The position numbers were made by a program, and so were the translations under genes. Below the pieces are notes generated by a model. That model was not told the DNA's origin. It worked only from the letters and a program-made list of their open reading frames with translations, and ran no database searches. From a virus, in the IMG/VR virus record IMGVR_UViG_3300011988_000002, positions 1 through 64,000 of that record: a stretch of 64,000 nucleotides of DNA. The stretch is one strand, 5' to 3'. Of the stretch, positions 39,034-50,400 are shown piece by piece; within the stretch, counting starts at the first letter, position 1, and each line of letters starts with the position of its first letter.

Positions 39034-40362
39034 TTATTTACTTCTACCATATTTGACTTTCTTAATAATAACAGGATTTTTCTCCGCTTCTTCTTTTAAA
39101 TCATCTCTTGAAATACCTAACTGACTGACAAGTTCTTCAATTGCACTATCAAGTGTTTGCATTGTATTAAGTTGATTTTCTTTTGTATTGTAAGAAGAAT
39201 TTATTACATAATCAGTTATTGCTTTTATAAGCATTTGTACTTGTCCTGTCATATAAGATTCACATGCCTTACATTTAACACCAGTTGAACCAGGAAAATA
39301 AGATAGAGCTAATCTTGGTAAACCTCTTACTATGATTTCACTATTTATTCTAATACACAAATCCTGAGTTAATACAGGAATAAGTCCATCTTTCATAGCT
39401 TGTGTCATTTGGTCATCTGAAAATAGGAATTTACCATCTCTTATATGTTTTATAGAATCATCATTTGAAAGCTTAGCAAGTATACCTGCTATTTCTTCTT
39501 GGTCAAATGTAAAATCATTTATAATTTCATCTATGACTGGTTTATATTTCTTAAATTCTTTACTATTTAAAGTATTCATTTTAAGAAATGGTAATATTTT
39601 TTCAAGTGTTTCTCTATTTCCAGTACACATAAAGTTTCTTATAACTCCAACAGATGCAGTATTCATGTAATAATGTATAGCAGGAGTTGATTCAATGTAT
39701 CCAAGTACAAATTCACCTATAACATTATTTTCATCTCCACTATAGAATCCTTGTAACTTATTAAGTAAGTAAACTATAGCTTCTCTTATTTTATTATTCT
39801 TCAAATCACCCATATCATTAAATAAAACATCTGCAATTTCTTGAACATGTTTATTAACTTCTCTTTCACTACCAAATAAACTATCTTTTAGACAAGTTTT
39901 CATTCTATTTTCCATAGTAGAGAACTCTATTTTATCAGATTCTTCTATCCATGAAGTATAGTCTGGGTTAAATACTTTGTCATTTTTAATACACCAGTCA
40001 TAAATAAGTATAGTTTCATGCATAGTTACTAAAGCATAGAAGATATCAGAACATCTATCTATCAATACATCTCTTTTATCTTCTTCATTTAGCATAGTTA
40101 CATTTTTATTAGCTTCCATAATTTCATTTGCATCCTTAATTATGTTATCAATTACAAGTTTTATATTATATACAAAACTTTTAAATTGACTAAATGCATC
40201 TACATAAAATATTTCATGTCCTACTGTTTCATAAAAACTTCCATTAAGCATTTCAATTCTCTTTTTGTTTGCATACACAATTGCCTTTACAAGTGTTTTT
40301 AAATCTTTCTTTTTCATAATAATTAAACCTCCGATATAAATTTTTATTTGTCTTATAGACAC
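39034..40362 (-). CDS. hypothetical protein (442 aa)
   Basis: Long ORF. Confidence 0.7.
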   Translation of the reverse strand: MSIRQIKIYIGGLIIMKKKDLKTLVKAIVYANKKRIEMLNGSFYETVGHEIFYVDAFSQFKSFVYNIKLVIDNIIKDANEIMEANKNVTMLNEEDKRDVLIDRCSDIFYALVTMHETILIYDWCIKNDKVFNPDYTSWIEESDKIEFSTMENRMKTCLKDSLFGSEREVNKHVQEIADVLFNDMGDLKNNKIREAIVYLLNKLQGFYSGDENNVIGEFVLGYIESTPAIHYYMNTASVGVIRNFMCTGNRETLEKILPFLKMNTLNSKEFKKYKPVIDEIINDFTFDQEEIAGILAKLSNDDSIKHIRDGKFLFSDDQMTQAMKDGLIPVLTQDLCIRINSEIIVRGLPRLALSYFPGSTGVKCKACESYMTGQVQMLIKAITDYVINSSYNTKENQLNTMQTLDSAIEELVSQLGISRDDLKEEAEKNPVIIKKVKYGRSK

Positions 40363-40366
40363 TATA

Positions 40367-40858
40367 TTATGTATAACTATTTAAAATTATCTTAACTGAA
40401 TGAACTATAAATATAGCAAGTACAGAATAAATTACTGCTATTGCTATATCATAGTTTGTACTAACTCTTGGTTTTCTGGTTCTGTCAAATATTACCTTAT
40501 GTATTCTTACAACAGTTAAATACTCAGTTATAAGTATCATTAAATCTGTACTCATTTTATAAAATATAGTATAATCAATAAGAGTTACACGTCTATCTCT
40601 TAATACAGCATAACATGCAAGTATCATGTATGTACATGATACAAATGAAGCTAATTTTGCAACTAGAAGTGCATTATATCTTAACTTATATCTTGAACTA
40701 TCTACTTCTCCATCTCTTGCAAGTCTTTTCATACACACTTCTTTTACTTGCATATGTCCCATTACTAATAGCATACTAAGTAGTATAAATGCAACACCTA
40801 CATTAAATAGGTGTGCATTTATATTTTTAACAAAGTTGAATAAATTAATTATATCCAA
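40367..40858 (-). CDS. membrane protein (163 aa)
   Basis: Several hydrophobic segments. Confidence 0.55.
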   Translation of the reverse strand: MDIINLFNFVKNINAHLFNVGVAFILLSMLLVMGHMQVKEVCMKRLARDGEVDSSRYKLRYNALLVAKLASFVSCTYMILACYAVLRDRRVTLIDYTIFYKMSTDLMILITEYLTVVRIHKVIFDRTRKPRVSTNYDIAIAVIYSVLAIFIVHSVKIILNSYT

Positions 40859-41889
40859 TATTTTCCTCCTTCATATATTTTATCAAGTTGAGTATCTATT
40901 GGCTCTCTAAAATCACCAAAGTCTTTAGAAGCAGTATTATAAACTACATCTATCTTATTTACAAACTTCTTACCAAGAATAGTCTCAAGTTTACTTACTA
41001 TTTCCTTTACTTCTGCTATATTATACATATAGTCAGAATTACCCATTTTAGTAGTATCCATTACAAGAACCAAATGATTCATTGAATTTATATATTTTTG
41101 ATAATAATATTCAATTGCTTTAACATAAGAAGCAAATCCAAATGTTGCTACAAATATTGCATCTTTTCCTATGTTTCTGTTCATATTATAGACATTAATA
41201 CAATCAAATACTCCTTCACATATAAACATCATAGTTTTATTCTTCTTTCCTATATTAAGTGTATAATAGTTACCCACCATATCTTGGTCTGCTGTTAAAG
41301 ATAACTTAAAATCTCTACCTATTCCTCTACATACAAACTTATTTTCATTATCAGAGTGAAAACATATGGTATCTTTTGGACTTAATGTAAATTTATCTAC
41401 ATTTATATTTATATGTGGTGAATACTGTAAGGTAGATTTAAGGTCTGGAATTATCTTATATTCAAACATAGTTTCATCTGTAAGAACTAGCTTACATCTA
41501 TCAACCATATATGCAAGTTGGTCTCCAGATAATTTAGAATAATCTATAAATAGTTCTTGTGCGTATCCTTTTTTAAACTCAAAACTACTCTTCTTCACAT
41601 CTTTAGTAAGTTGCTTTATTGCTTCCATATCTACAAATCCCATATCTAAGAAATCCTTTTGTGTAAGTCTTCTGCTATTTGTACATCCAGCACGAAAACA
41701 TTTAAGATACAAAGGACTATCAGGATTACATCTTATATAGACGGGATTTATCTTATGATTCTTACATTCTGCACATATCTTAGTTCCATCTATACTAAAA
41801 TACGAATTATGATACTGTTTAGCTCTCATATTAGAATATAAGAACTTATAGAATATGTTAAAAGCTTCTTCCCTAGTCATAGAAACCAA
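40849..41889 (-). CDS. DnaG-like DNA primase (zinc-binding plus TOPRIM)
   Basis: Zn-ribbon cysteines CAECKNH...CFRAGC and the TOPRIM motifs ICEGVFDCINV and LVLVMDTTKMGNSD. Confidence 0.65.
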   Translation of the reverse strand: MVSMTREEAFNIFYKFLYSNMRAKQYHNSYFSIDGTKICAECKNHKINPVYIRCNPDSPLYLKCFRAGCTNSRRLTQKDFLDMGFVDMEAIKQLTKDVKKSSFEFKKGYAQELFIDYSKLSGDQLAYMVDRCKLVLTDETMFEYKIIPDLKSTLQYSPHININVDKFTLSPKDTICFHSDNENKFVCRGIGRDFKLSLTADQDMVGNYYTLNIGKKNKTMMFICEGVFDCINVYNMNRNIGKDAIFVATFGFASYVKAIEYYYQKYINSMNHLVLVMDTTKMGNSDYMYNIAEVKEIVSKLETILGKKFVNKIDVVYNTASKDFGDFREPIDTQLDKIYEGGKYWI

Positions 41890-43522
41890 CTTTTTCTTTT
41901 ACTTTATTTAAAACATCATAAACATAATCATTATGTTTATTACTAGACTCATTTGCAGATGGTTCAAGTATTTCATATCTATTAGGGAATAATAGATGTC
42001 TTACTCTAGATGGATTTTTAAATAAGTCTAATATTTCTATAAAAAGAGAAGGAGATAAGTCAATCATACCAGACTTTCCATGATAAGTAGTACATATCTC
42101 TCCAATAGTTGATACTTTAGATATTAAATCTGTTCTTCCTATCTTAGTTAAATGTTCTATTATCTTATCTTCTGGATAGTGAGTATTTCTTGATTGCTTT
42201 TCTGATTTCATTATCTCAAGTTTATCATATATTGGTTCAAGTGTAGGGTCTGATTTTGCTCTTAAATAGAAAAGTGCAAGTATAACCTTTGCATATACAC
42301 CAAGCACATCTCTATATACAAAACATTCACCTGTCATAGAAAGTAAACATATTCCTAGAATATATTGATTAAATGAATTAGATTCATCTATTACTATATC
42401 TTTTATTACATTGTAGTTATTAGGAAAGTATGTGTTAATCTCTTTTACAAATACATCAAAAACATCAACACAAGTTTCTTTTCTTAAGTTATAAAGATGT
42501 TTGTGTTTATCTTCATATAGTGATTCTTCTCTACGAGATGTGTCTTCTCCTGCTGTTTCTATAAGAACTTCAGCAACATTTACATCAGTAATTCCTTTGT
42601 TTTGGTCTTGCATTGCATTTATGTCACCTAGTGTCTTTTGAATATAAGCAGCCATATTTTGTGCTACAAATTTAAAATCATCGAAGTTTTTACCTTCTGT
42701 CCAATATAGTTCTCTAAGTTCCTTATCTGTTCTACATTCATATACTTCACGACCTATTTCATAAGTTATTATTTGTGGAACATATTTCTTTAAAGCATTA
42801 TAAATATCTACTTTATTCTTAGAACCATAACTTGCAACATCAAGACCTATTGATGTAAACTTTTCTCTGTATGACTCAGGTGATGTACTCCAAAGATTTG
42901 CAACTCTATCGTATAGGAATGCAAGTACTTCATCTTGTACATTTTTAGGAATTTCATCATCATATTTACAAAGCTCATCAGTAAGCTCATTTACTAAGTA
43001 ATCATCATACAGAGTAATTGTGTCTATCCATTTTATTTTAATATAAGCATTATTAACATATAGGAAACACAACTTCATAAGTACAGATATTCCAGCAAGT
43101 AATAAAGCTGTATGATTTGTTAAAGTTACATCTGTTGTAGCTTTTGCTTCATTTATATTTGGTACTTGAATGTGATATGTGTATTCAGCTGCTTTTTCTA
43201 TCATAAAATGATTAAGTTTTCCTACTTCTTCTATTGCTTTCATCATAGTAGCAGATGAGTTATTATCTATAACTTCTCTTGCTTTTTGAAATCTATTCTT
43301 TGTATTTATATAATACTCAAATAAATTTGCAGCTAGTTCTTCATATTCTCCATTATGTTTTAAGAAATAATAATAAAGAAAATGATTAAGTCCTTCACAC
43401 ATTTTAGTAACTGTATCTACTCTTAATCCTGTTTGCAGTCTTGCAATAGGGTAATCTACACCTAAGTAGATATAGGTTATAGTCTTACCACTCCATGTAA
43501 AATAGCTTCTAAATTTATCCAT
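41873..43522 (-). CDS. hypothetical protein (549 aa)
   Basis: Long ORF with no P-loop. Confidence 0.65.
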   Translation of the reverse strand: MDKFRSYFTWSGKTITYIYLGVDYPIARLQTGLRVDTVTKMCEGLNHFLYYYFLKHNGEYEELAANLFEYYINTKNRFQKAREVIDNNSSATMMKAIEEVGKLNHFMIEKAAEYTYHIQVPNINEAKATTDVTLTNHTALLLAGISVLMKLCFLYVNNAYIKIKWIDTITLYDDYLVNELTDELCKYDDEIPKNVQDEVLAFLYDRVANLWSTSPESYREKFTSIGLDVASYGSKNKVDIYNALKKYVPQIITYEIGREVYECRTDKELRELYWTEGKNFDDFKFVAQNMAAYIQKTLGDINAMQDQNKGITDVNVAEVLIETAGEDTSRREESLYEDKHKHLYNLRKETCVDVFDVFVKEINTYFPNNYNVIKDIVIDESNSFNQYILGICLLSMTGECFVYRDVLGVYAKVILALFYLRAKSDPTLEPIYDKLEIMKSEKQSRNTHYPEDKIIEHLTKIGRTDLISKVSTIGEICTTYHGKSGMIDLSPSLFIEILDLFKNPSRVRHLLFPNRYEILEPSANESSNKHNDYVYDVLNKVKEKVGFYD

Positions 43523-43539
43523 TTTATTCCTCCTTTTTC

Positions 43540-45987
43540 TTAATAAACCTGTTTTCTTTCACCAATTATAGTTAAACTTGATACATCTCCTAAAGTAAGT
43601 GTAATAGAGTTTTGTATATGTGAGCCTAAGTTATGTGATATGCAGAATGCTTGATTTATATTAAATACAGACATAATTTCATGAATTACATCTGAGAATT
43701 TATTTTTAAATACTTCATCAAGTTGTGCATCAACTTCATCAAGGCACATTACATTATATCCAAGTATAGATAGAACAGCTGAGTTAAGAAGAAGTCCTAT
43801 TATAGTTTTCTCTCCAGAACTGCAGTTTCTAACATCATTTGTAACTCTATTAGTTCTATGTCTTAAAACAGATATAACTATTTCTTCATCTTCTACTGTA
43901 ATACTTATAGAGTAAGGGAAAAGTCCATCTAAAATATAATTTACTTTACTTTCAATATATTCTAAATGTTCTTTAAGTAAGTAGAAAGGTATATCTTTTT
44001 CAAGTATACTTTTAAGTATATCAAGTTCTTTAATCTCTTTATTATATGTAAGTAGAGTCTTATTAGTATTATCAAGATTACGGATAACTTCTTTAACTCT
44101 TGCTTTTTCCTCTGATAGTTTAGTTAAGTCTTTTTGAAGTTTAGTTATTCTTTCAGTTATAACGTCAAGTCTTGATGTAAGTTCTTTATATGTTTTATCA
44201 TAACTTATCTTAGTTTCTCTTATGTATATAAGTTCGTCTAATTTCTTTATAGATAAAGAGTTATTTATACCAAGAATATCTTTATATTTATTTAAGAACT
44301 TATATTTTATATTCATCTCATTTATAGTATGTACAAGTTCTTCTTTAGTTTTAATAAGTTCATTATAATATTCTTCATTATATTCATGATGAAGTTCTTT
44401 CATTCTATCCTTATAATCATTTAATAAAGATTCTATTCCATATATTACAGCTGAACCTTCCCATAAAACTGTATAAATGTCTACAAATTGGTCATATGCT
44501 CCCATCATAAGTCCATTTACTAAGTCAAAAGTATTAGTTCTTTTAAGTACATCTTCTTTAATTAAACTCTTTATATAGTTAAGACAGTCGTTAAAATTAG
44601 TATTATAGTAATCCATAAGACTTCTTTTTACAGAATTTAAATGATTAAGTCCATCTTTCCATGAATTCTTTAGATTTTTATTATCTTCTATCCATTTTTT
44701 ATCTACAACATATGCTTTATATAAAGAACATTTATCACAGTTTGTAGTATATGGAATATCTGAATAGTTATCTCCTTGTATAACAGAAGATGATATGTTA
44801 TCAAACTTAGTTATACTATCTTCATAGAACTTAATCTTTTCAGATAACTCATCTATATAAGAGTTCACATTATCTACTATTTTTAAAACATCGTCTCTTT
44901 GAATATTAAAATAATTTATATCTTTACTCAAATCTTTGAGTTTCATTATAGAATTCTTTAGTTCTGTATATTCTTCTGGTTTTAGTATTCTTTTTGCTAT
45001 ACTAAGATACTTATCTTTTTCTAAATTCAAATCAGACTCTTCATCTTTTATTTGCTTTTTTAAATGAAGTTCGTCGTTATATATCTTTTTATAAACTGCC
45101 TGAGTATCCATTTTCTCTATAACATGAGCAAGTTCTTTAGTTTTAAGTTCAATCTGAGAAGATAAAGAAGCATAGTTTTCTTTAGCTATACTTAAAAGTT
45201 CATATTCTCCTTCTTCAAGAAGATAAATAAGTTTATCAAGTTCATCTGTATCTACATCTGTGTAATCCTTTTTAACTTCATTTATCTTATTTTCTAACTC
45301 ACTTTTCTCATTCATAAGTGTTGGAATTGATATATTTTCAATTTCTTCTATGTTATTTTCTATATTTGATAGATAAACCCTTTCCTCTTTTTCATCTCTT
45401 GATGATAAAAGTTGTATTCTATACTGTGTAAGTCCTTTAGTTGCACCTTTTTTATCTCTTAATGTTTCAACTACATTCTTTTTAAGAAGAGCAATTCTAT
45501 CACTATCTATAGTAGATTCTATTATTTTCTTTCTATCAAGTGGAGTTGAGTTTGTAATTCCATTAAAAGACTCAGATAAATTTGCTATATCCTCAACTTT
45601 ACTATTATAATGCAAGTATGTATTTACAAGTTCTACATACATATCTCTATGTCCAGTAGGATTAAGCTTAGTTTCTATCCCATTTTCTATTATAGTTAGA
45701 TAAGATTTAGCACTATGTGTATCTCCTTTTGGGGTATATTCATGTTCTGTTATAATATATTTATTACCATCTCTATAAACTACCTTTTTATATCCACTCA
45801 TTCCTATCTTTATAGGATAAGCTTTGTCAAATCTTCCAGATTTAGCATAAGGATGAAGTGTACTCATAAGAAGAGATTTACCAGAACCATTAAGTCCAAG
45901 TATCTGTATTATGTCTCTATCTATGTCTTCTATATGTAAATCTCCAAGTTCTATCATATTTCTACATTCATATTCTATTATCTTCAA
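43540..45987 (-). CDS. Rad50/SbcC-like (T4 gp46-like) coiled-coil ABC ATPase
   Basis: Walker A LGLNGSGKSLL at the N-terminus, a coiled-coil of about 600 aa, then the signature SSGEKT and Walker B MCLDEVDAQLDE at the C-terminus. Confidence 0.75.
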   Translation of the reverse strand: MKIIEYECRNMIELGDLHIEDIDRDIIQILGLNGSGKSLLMSTLHPYAKSGRFDKAYPIKIGMSGYKKVVYRDGNKYIITEHEYTPKGDTHSAKSYLTIIENGIETKLNPTGHRDMYVELVNTYLHYNSKVEDIANLSESFNGITNSTPLDRKKIIESTIDSDRIALLKKNVVETLRDKKGATKGLTQYRIQLLSSRDEKEERVYLSNIENNIEEIENISIPTLMNEKSELENKINEVKKDYTDVDTDELDKLIYLLEEGEYELLSIAKENYASLSSQIELKTKELAHVIEKMDTQAVYKKIYNDELHLKKQIKDEESDLNLEKDKYLSIAKRILKPEEYTELKNSIMKLKDLSKDINYFNIQRDDVLKIVDNVNSYIDELSEKIKFYEDSITKFDNISSSVIQGDNYSDIPYTTNCDKCSLYKAYVVDKKWIEDNKNLKNSWKDGLNHLNSVKRSLMDYYNTNFNDCLNYIKSLIKEDVLKRTNTFDLVNGLMMGAYDQFVDIYTVLWEGSAVIYGIESLLNDYKDRMKELHHEYNEEYYNELIKTKEELVHTINEMNIKYKFLNKYKDILGINNSLSIKKLDELIYIRETKISYDKTYKELTSRLDVITERITKLQKDLTKLSEEKARVKEVIRNLDNTNKTLLTYNKEIKELDILKSILEKDIPFYLLKEHLEYIESKVNYILDGLFPYSISITVEDEEIVISVLRHRTNRVTNDVRNCSSGEKTIIGLLLNSAVLSILGYNVMCLDEVDAQLDEVFKNKFSDVIHEIMSVFNINQAFCISHNLGSHIQNSITLTLGDVSSLTIIGERKQVY

Positions 45988-46139
45988 TTAAATCACCTCG
46001 GGAAAAAATAAAATTAAATACAAAACAGCATATAAACTGCTATACACTGTTTTGTATTCTTATATAATAGATACATAAATAGCCTCTAGAACGCTCTATA
46101 ATAGGCTTATTTTCCAATCTTTTACATTTTATGTATAAA

Positions 46140-47732
46140 TTATGGTCTGTATTTAATATCGTGGAAATAGAAGTGTTTTCTGTAGAAATCAAGTATACTT
46201 ATATTTCCTTGTAGTCCTGTATTTTCAGGTGATTTTATAGTATATGGGTCTATTAAACCATAATCAAATTCATTTCTGTAACGTCTATCTGCATATCTAT
46301 CATTATTTGTAGATATAGTAGATTTCTTTGCATCTTTCTCCTCTGATGTTTCAAGTAAACTCATCTTATATGCAAGATAGTGAAATACATCTACAAAGTT
46401 TGTATTATCAAATGTTTTAAATAAATCTGGATGTGATTTAATAGTTTTACTTATCATAAGCTCTCTTGGTGCATCTACTTGAGATACATATTGAACTTCA
46501 CTTTTATTTTCATTTCCTCTACTTCTGTAACTAGATGAATTTCTTTGTATATTTATTAAATGAAATGCCATATGTGGATAGAAACTCATAACTATATAAT
46601 CATTATAACCAAGTATTAATGACCTTAACATCTCAAGAGATATAGTATTTTTATTAGCTCCATAATCTATATAGTCTTTCTTTTCTTCTGCTTCTGTATC
46701 TTTACTAAATGTAGACTTATCTTCTGTAGGTTTTTCATAATAATCATCATTATATTTCCACATATTAAGTGTAGGAACTGTATTAAATCCTAGTTTATCT
46801 TTATCAGTTTCAAGATACTGAAGATATATTGCATAGGTATTTTTAAGTATCTCCTTTACTCTATCTGTAACTATGTCCATTTTTAAGAAATCTTTCATAA
46901 GCTCATCAATCTCATTCTTATCAAAGAATAGAAATGGTAAGAAAAATCTACGAGAACCTATTCTCATATAGAAGATTTCCTCTTCTTCTTCTTTGCTATT
47001 ATACACATAACATGTATCAAAATATGCTTTTGTTACAGCAACTTTTGAACTTTTTGGTTTATTCTTACGTAAGAATTGAATTTCTATATGTCCAAATACT
47101 GTTTTATTCTTGTAATGATACTCTCCCATATATGGAAATCTTACCATTCCATGTATTTTATAGTATCCATTATCTTGAAGCATAGGTACTTGTAGTATAG
47201 GATTTCCTCCTCTTACAAATAAATCTTCATCAGAACCAGCAAGTGATTTATCTATAAAATGAATCTGTTGTTGGTTTTCCAAAAACTTTACTACATGTGG
47301 AAGTATTTTAAATCCTTTTTCTTTATATTCTTTTAATTTTGCAAGTGTGTTAGCTATCTCAATTCCCTTACGATTTTCAGCAAAAAAACTAGGAGAGTAA
47401 ATAAACAAGCATTCAACATACCGAACCATTTGAGGCTCGGTAGTTGCATACGTAACTCTATCTTTATCTCCTAGCTTATCTTTTTTGCTGTCTTTAATTA
47501 TAATAGATTGAGATAACTCTTCAGAATAAGGAAGATATCTATATCCTGTAAGAATTCCTTTATAGATACCAAGATTATTAGTACTGCTAAGAGTTCTTAT
47601 AAGTGCATGCCACATATCTCTATCTTCAGTAGAGAATAAGTCTTCATTTACAAATCCTTTCTTTATAAAAGAATTAATAAACTTATCCTCTCTTATATCT
47701 TGCTCAGTTACTTCTCTTCTAAATTTTATCAT
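46140..47732 (-). CDS. hypothetical protein (530 aa)
   Basis: Long ORF. Confidence 0.7.
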   Translation of the reverse strand: MIKFRREVTEQDIREDKFINSFIKKGFVNEDLFSTEDRDMWHALIRTLSSTNNLGIYKGILTGYRYLPYSEELSQSIIIKDSKKDKLGDKDRVTYATTEPQMVRYVECLFIYSPSFFAENRKGIEIANTLAKLKEYKEKGFKILPHVVKFLENQQQIHFIDKSLAGSDEDLFVRGGNPILQVPMLQDNGYYKIHGMVRFPYMGEYHYKNKTVFGHIEIQFLRKNKPKSSKVAVTKAYFDTCYVYNSKEEEEEIFYMRIGSRRFFLPFLFFDKNEIDELMKDFLKMDIVTDRVKEILKNTYAIYLQYLETDKDKLGFNTVPTLNMWKYNDDYYEKPTEDKSTFSKDTEAEEKKDYIDYGANKNTISLEMLRSLILGYNDYIVMSFYPHMAFHLINIQRNSSSYRSRGNENKSEVQYVSQVDAPRELMISKTIKSHPDLFKTFDNTNFVDVFHYLAYKMSLLETSEEKDAKKSTISTNNDRYADRRYRNEFDYGLIDPYTIKSPENTGLQGNISILDFYRKHFYFHDIKYRP

Positions 47733-47747
47733 AAGACAGCTCTCCTT

Positions 47748-47999
47748 TTAACTAAATAATTTTGCAAAAGCATCTGCATACATTTTAAGAAGACTAGGGT
47801 ATTCTACAACCCTAGTTACTTTTATTATTCTTTCTCTTCTTAAACCTGGTTTAGGTACTTTCATTTTTGGTATAAACTTAGGAATAGGTTTTGAAAACTT
47901 TCCAGATAATATATCTTTTAACATCATTTCATCCTGAGATGGAATAAGTTTTATTACTTTATCTCTTCTTATTCTATTCCCATTTACTATTTTTGCCAT
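47748..47999 (-). CDS. hypothetical protein (83 aa)
   Basis: ORF. Confidence 0.45.
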   Translation of the reverse strand: MAKIVNGNRIRRDKVIKLIPSQDEMMLKDILSGKFSKPIPKFIPKMKVPKPGLRRERIIKVTRVVEYPSLLKMYADAFAKLFS

Positions 48000-48010
48000 A
48001 TTAAACCTCC

Positions 48011-48691
48011 TTATACAAGGTCATTCTTAGTTGCTCTTAGTAAATCATTACTTAAGCAAAGTGTAAATAGAATTTCTCCATCTTCAGCTTCTCCTGCAAC
48101 CTTAACTCCTATACCAGCTTCTCCTTGTAAAGTATTTCCAACTTTAACACAACCACCTAAAAGGTTTATATAGTCTGCTGATAATACAGCTGATGATTTC
48201 ATATAATCTATAAAGTTTATATCAGGATACTCATCTTCAAAGTCTTTTCTAAACTTATAAAGTGTATCTATAATTTCATCAACTTGTAATGCTATTTGAG
48301 GAAGTATGTTTGAACCACCTCTTCCTATTCTATTATAATCAAGATTTGCTCCTCTAGTTCCAGCATTATAATAGTCTTCAATAGTACCTTCAAGCATTTG
48401 TGGTGTCATCATATACAAATCTGTCAAACTTTGTCTATCACCTTTTAAATATTGTTCAATTTCACTTGGACTAGACATTCTTATAATTCCACCATTACCT
48501 GAGCCTTCATGTGCAAATCTATAAGCAAATAAAGATACATATTGACCATTTTGAAGTGGTGCTGGTTCTGTATAGAATACTACCGAACCGATTGGTCTTC
48601 CTGTATCATCTTTGTGCTTAATAGCTGTAGTTGTAACCTTTGACCCTAAAGCCTTTAATACTGCAATAATATACTCTCTTTCGTTTGTCAT
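48011..48691 (-). CDS. hypothetical protein (226 aa)
   Basis: ORF. Confidence 0.6.
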   Translation of the reverse strand: MTNEREYIIAVLKALGSKVTTTAIKHKDDTGRPIGSVVFYTEPAPLQNGQYVSLFAYRFAHEGSGNGGIIRMSSPSEIEQYLKGDRQSLTDLYMMTPQMLEGTIEDYYNAGTRGANLDYNRIGRGGSNILPQIALQVDEIIDTLYKFRKDFEDEYPDINFIDYMKSSAVLSADYINLLGGCVKVGNTLQGEAGIGVKVAGEAEDGEILFTLCLSNDLLRATKNDLV

Positions 48692-48766
48692 AATAATTTT
48701 CCTCCTGTTATAATTTGTAAGTATTAATAAAACTCTACTGAACTTAATCAGTAGAGTTATTTTATA

Positions 48767-49468
48767 TTATCTTCTTCTTGCATTTAGCATTTCTTTATAA
48801 AGTCTTTTAGCTGAACCTGTGAATGCTATAATATCAGGTTCATTTGATTTACCTTTTAATCTATCCATCAATGCAACAAATGCTGTTTCTGTTGATGGAA
48901 ATGGAATGTTATTATTTACCATGTACTTATCAAGTACATCAATAATAGTTCCTAAATCAGTAGAATCATCATCTTCATATCTACTTCTTCTGTCGTACCC
49001 TCTTCTAGAACTTCTTTCATAGTGTCTAGAATAGTTCTTTTTAACTCTTTTATGTTCATCCATGATATCAAGTGCTTCTTTAATTACATCTCTAAATAGA
49101 AGTCTACTATCTGGAGATTCTGCTAAGATATCCATCATGTCTTCTCTAGAGCTATCTGTAATTCTATCAATAACTCTTTCTAAAGTTCTTGGATTAAGTT
49201 TGTCCTCAGCTGCAAGAGCTAACATATCTAAATCTTCATTTGTTAGTGTTTCCTCTTGTCTAGCAATTAACCCTGCAAGTGTTTGCACAGCTTCATCTCT
49301 TAATTCTTTCATGCTTTTTCTCATATTCATTCCTCCTAATCTTTGTAGTCCATTCACTGCCTGTATTTGTGGTGGACCATATATAAAATTTTGTACAGGA
49401 CTTAACAACTTAAATTCACCTCCTGTATAGAATATGGAAAGATTAGCTATTTCTTTCCATAATATCAT
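48767..49468 (-). CDS. hypothetical protein (233 aa)
   Basis: ORF. Confidence 0.6.
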   Translation of the reverse strand: MILWKEIANLSIFYTGGEFKLLSPVQNFIYGPPQIQAVNGLQRLGGMNMRKSMKELRDEAVQTLAGLIARQEETLTNEDLDMLALAAEDKLNPRTLERVIDRITDSSREDMMDILAESPDSRLLFRDVIKEALDIMDEHKRVKKNYSRHYERSSRRGYDRRSRYEDDDSTDLGTIIDVLDKYMVNNNIPFPSTETAFVALMDRLKGKSNEPDIIAFTGSAKRLYKEMLNARRR

Positions 49469-49482
49469 ATATAAGTATATTT

Positions 49483-50271
49483 CTATACATTAAGTGCTGG
49501 TTTAAATACATCAAAAACAGACTTTCCTACAACTTCTAATAATTGGTCTGCTTTTATAGATGTTATTTCTCTTCCTTTAGAAACATTACTCATTATTTCT
49601 CTTAGAATAGTTTTAACATTTACATCTTTATTATGTTTTTTGTAGTCAGTTTCTGTTTGTGCAAATAGATTAAGTACAGCTCTTGTAAATATTGGAACTT
49701 TATTTTGATTTATATCAAATGCCCAATCATCACTATGTAAATAATCATATAAAAGAAGGTCTTCAAAAGTATAATTAAAATAAGAAAGTAGTTCATTAGC
49801 ACGATTTACAGTTAAATCAACAGTAGTAGATTTACCATCAACCATAGCCCATATCTCTCTTATTATATTACGTTTCTTTTGATGTTCTTCTTTTGGAAGC
49901 ATATATCCGTTTGGATACTTAACTATTTGAGCACATGTAACTTTGACTATAGGTGGCAACTTTATCATATATGGGTCAGGAAGTGAGTCTTCGTAACCTG
50001 ACGCAAACCACAATATATCTTTATCTTCGTCAAAGTCTTCAAATAGAGGCTTCTTTCTTAGTTCTTCTAGATTAAGAATAACTGCATCTTCTGGGTTAAT
50101 TGCCTTACCAAATGGTTTTATTTTACCATTAAAGTCTTGAAGAACTGTATATTTAAGTGATGTAACCATATTAGTTTTCTCATCATATAAATATAGTTCT
50201 TCTTCTGAAGGAATTCTCTCGTCAGACAGTTTAAACTTCTTATCTTTTCCTACTATCCAGTACTTATTCAT
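49483..50271 (-). CDS. hypothetical protein (262 aa)
   Basis: ORF with Shine-Dalgarno AAAGGAG. Confidence 0.65.
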   Translation of the reverse strand: MNKYWIVGKDKKFKLSDERIPSEEELYLYDEKTNMVTSLKYTVLQDFNGKIKPFGKAINPEDAVILNLEELRKKPLFEDFDEDKDILWFASGYEDSLPDPYMIKLPPIVKVTCAQIVKYPNGYMLPKEEHQKKRNIIREIWAMVDGKSTTVDLTVNRANELLSYFNYTFEDLLLYDYLHSDDWAFDINQNKVPIFTRAVLNLFAQTETDYKKHNKDVNVKTILREIMSNVSKGREITSIKADQLLEVVGKSVFDVFKPALNV

Positions 50272-50345
50272 AATAATAATTCTCCTTTCTTTAGTATTTA
50301 TAGTGAGTTTAAGTCACTTGATGATATATAACTAGTCTCTAAGTA

Positions 50346-50400
50346 GATAAAAAAAAGAACTCTATAACACTTTAGGCTACTAGATTAATATAGAGTTCTT
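50346..50400 (-). terminator. rho-independent terminator (long loop)
   Basis: AAGAACTCTATA ... TATAGAGTTCTT stem plus TTTTTTTT on the minus strand. Confidence 0.45.
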
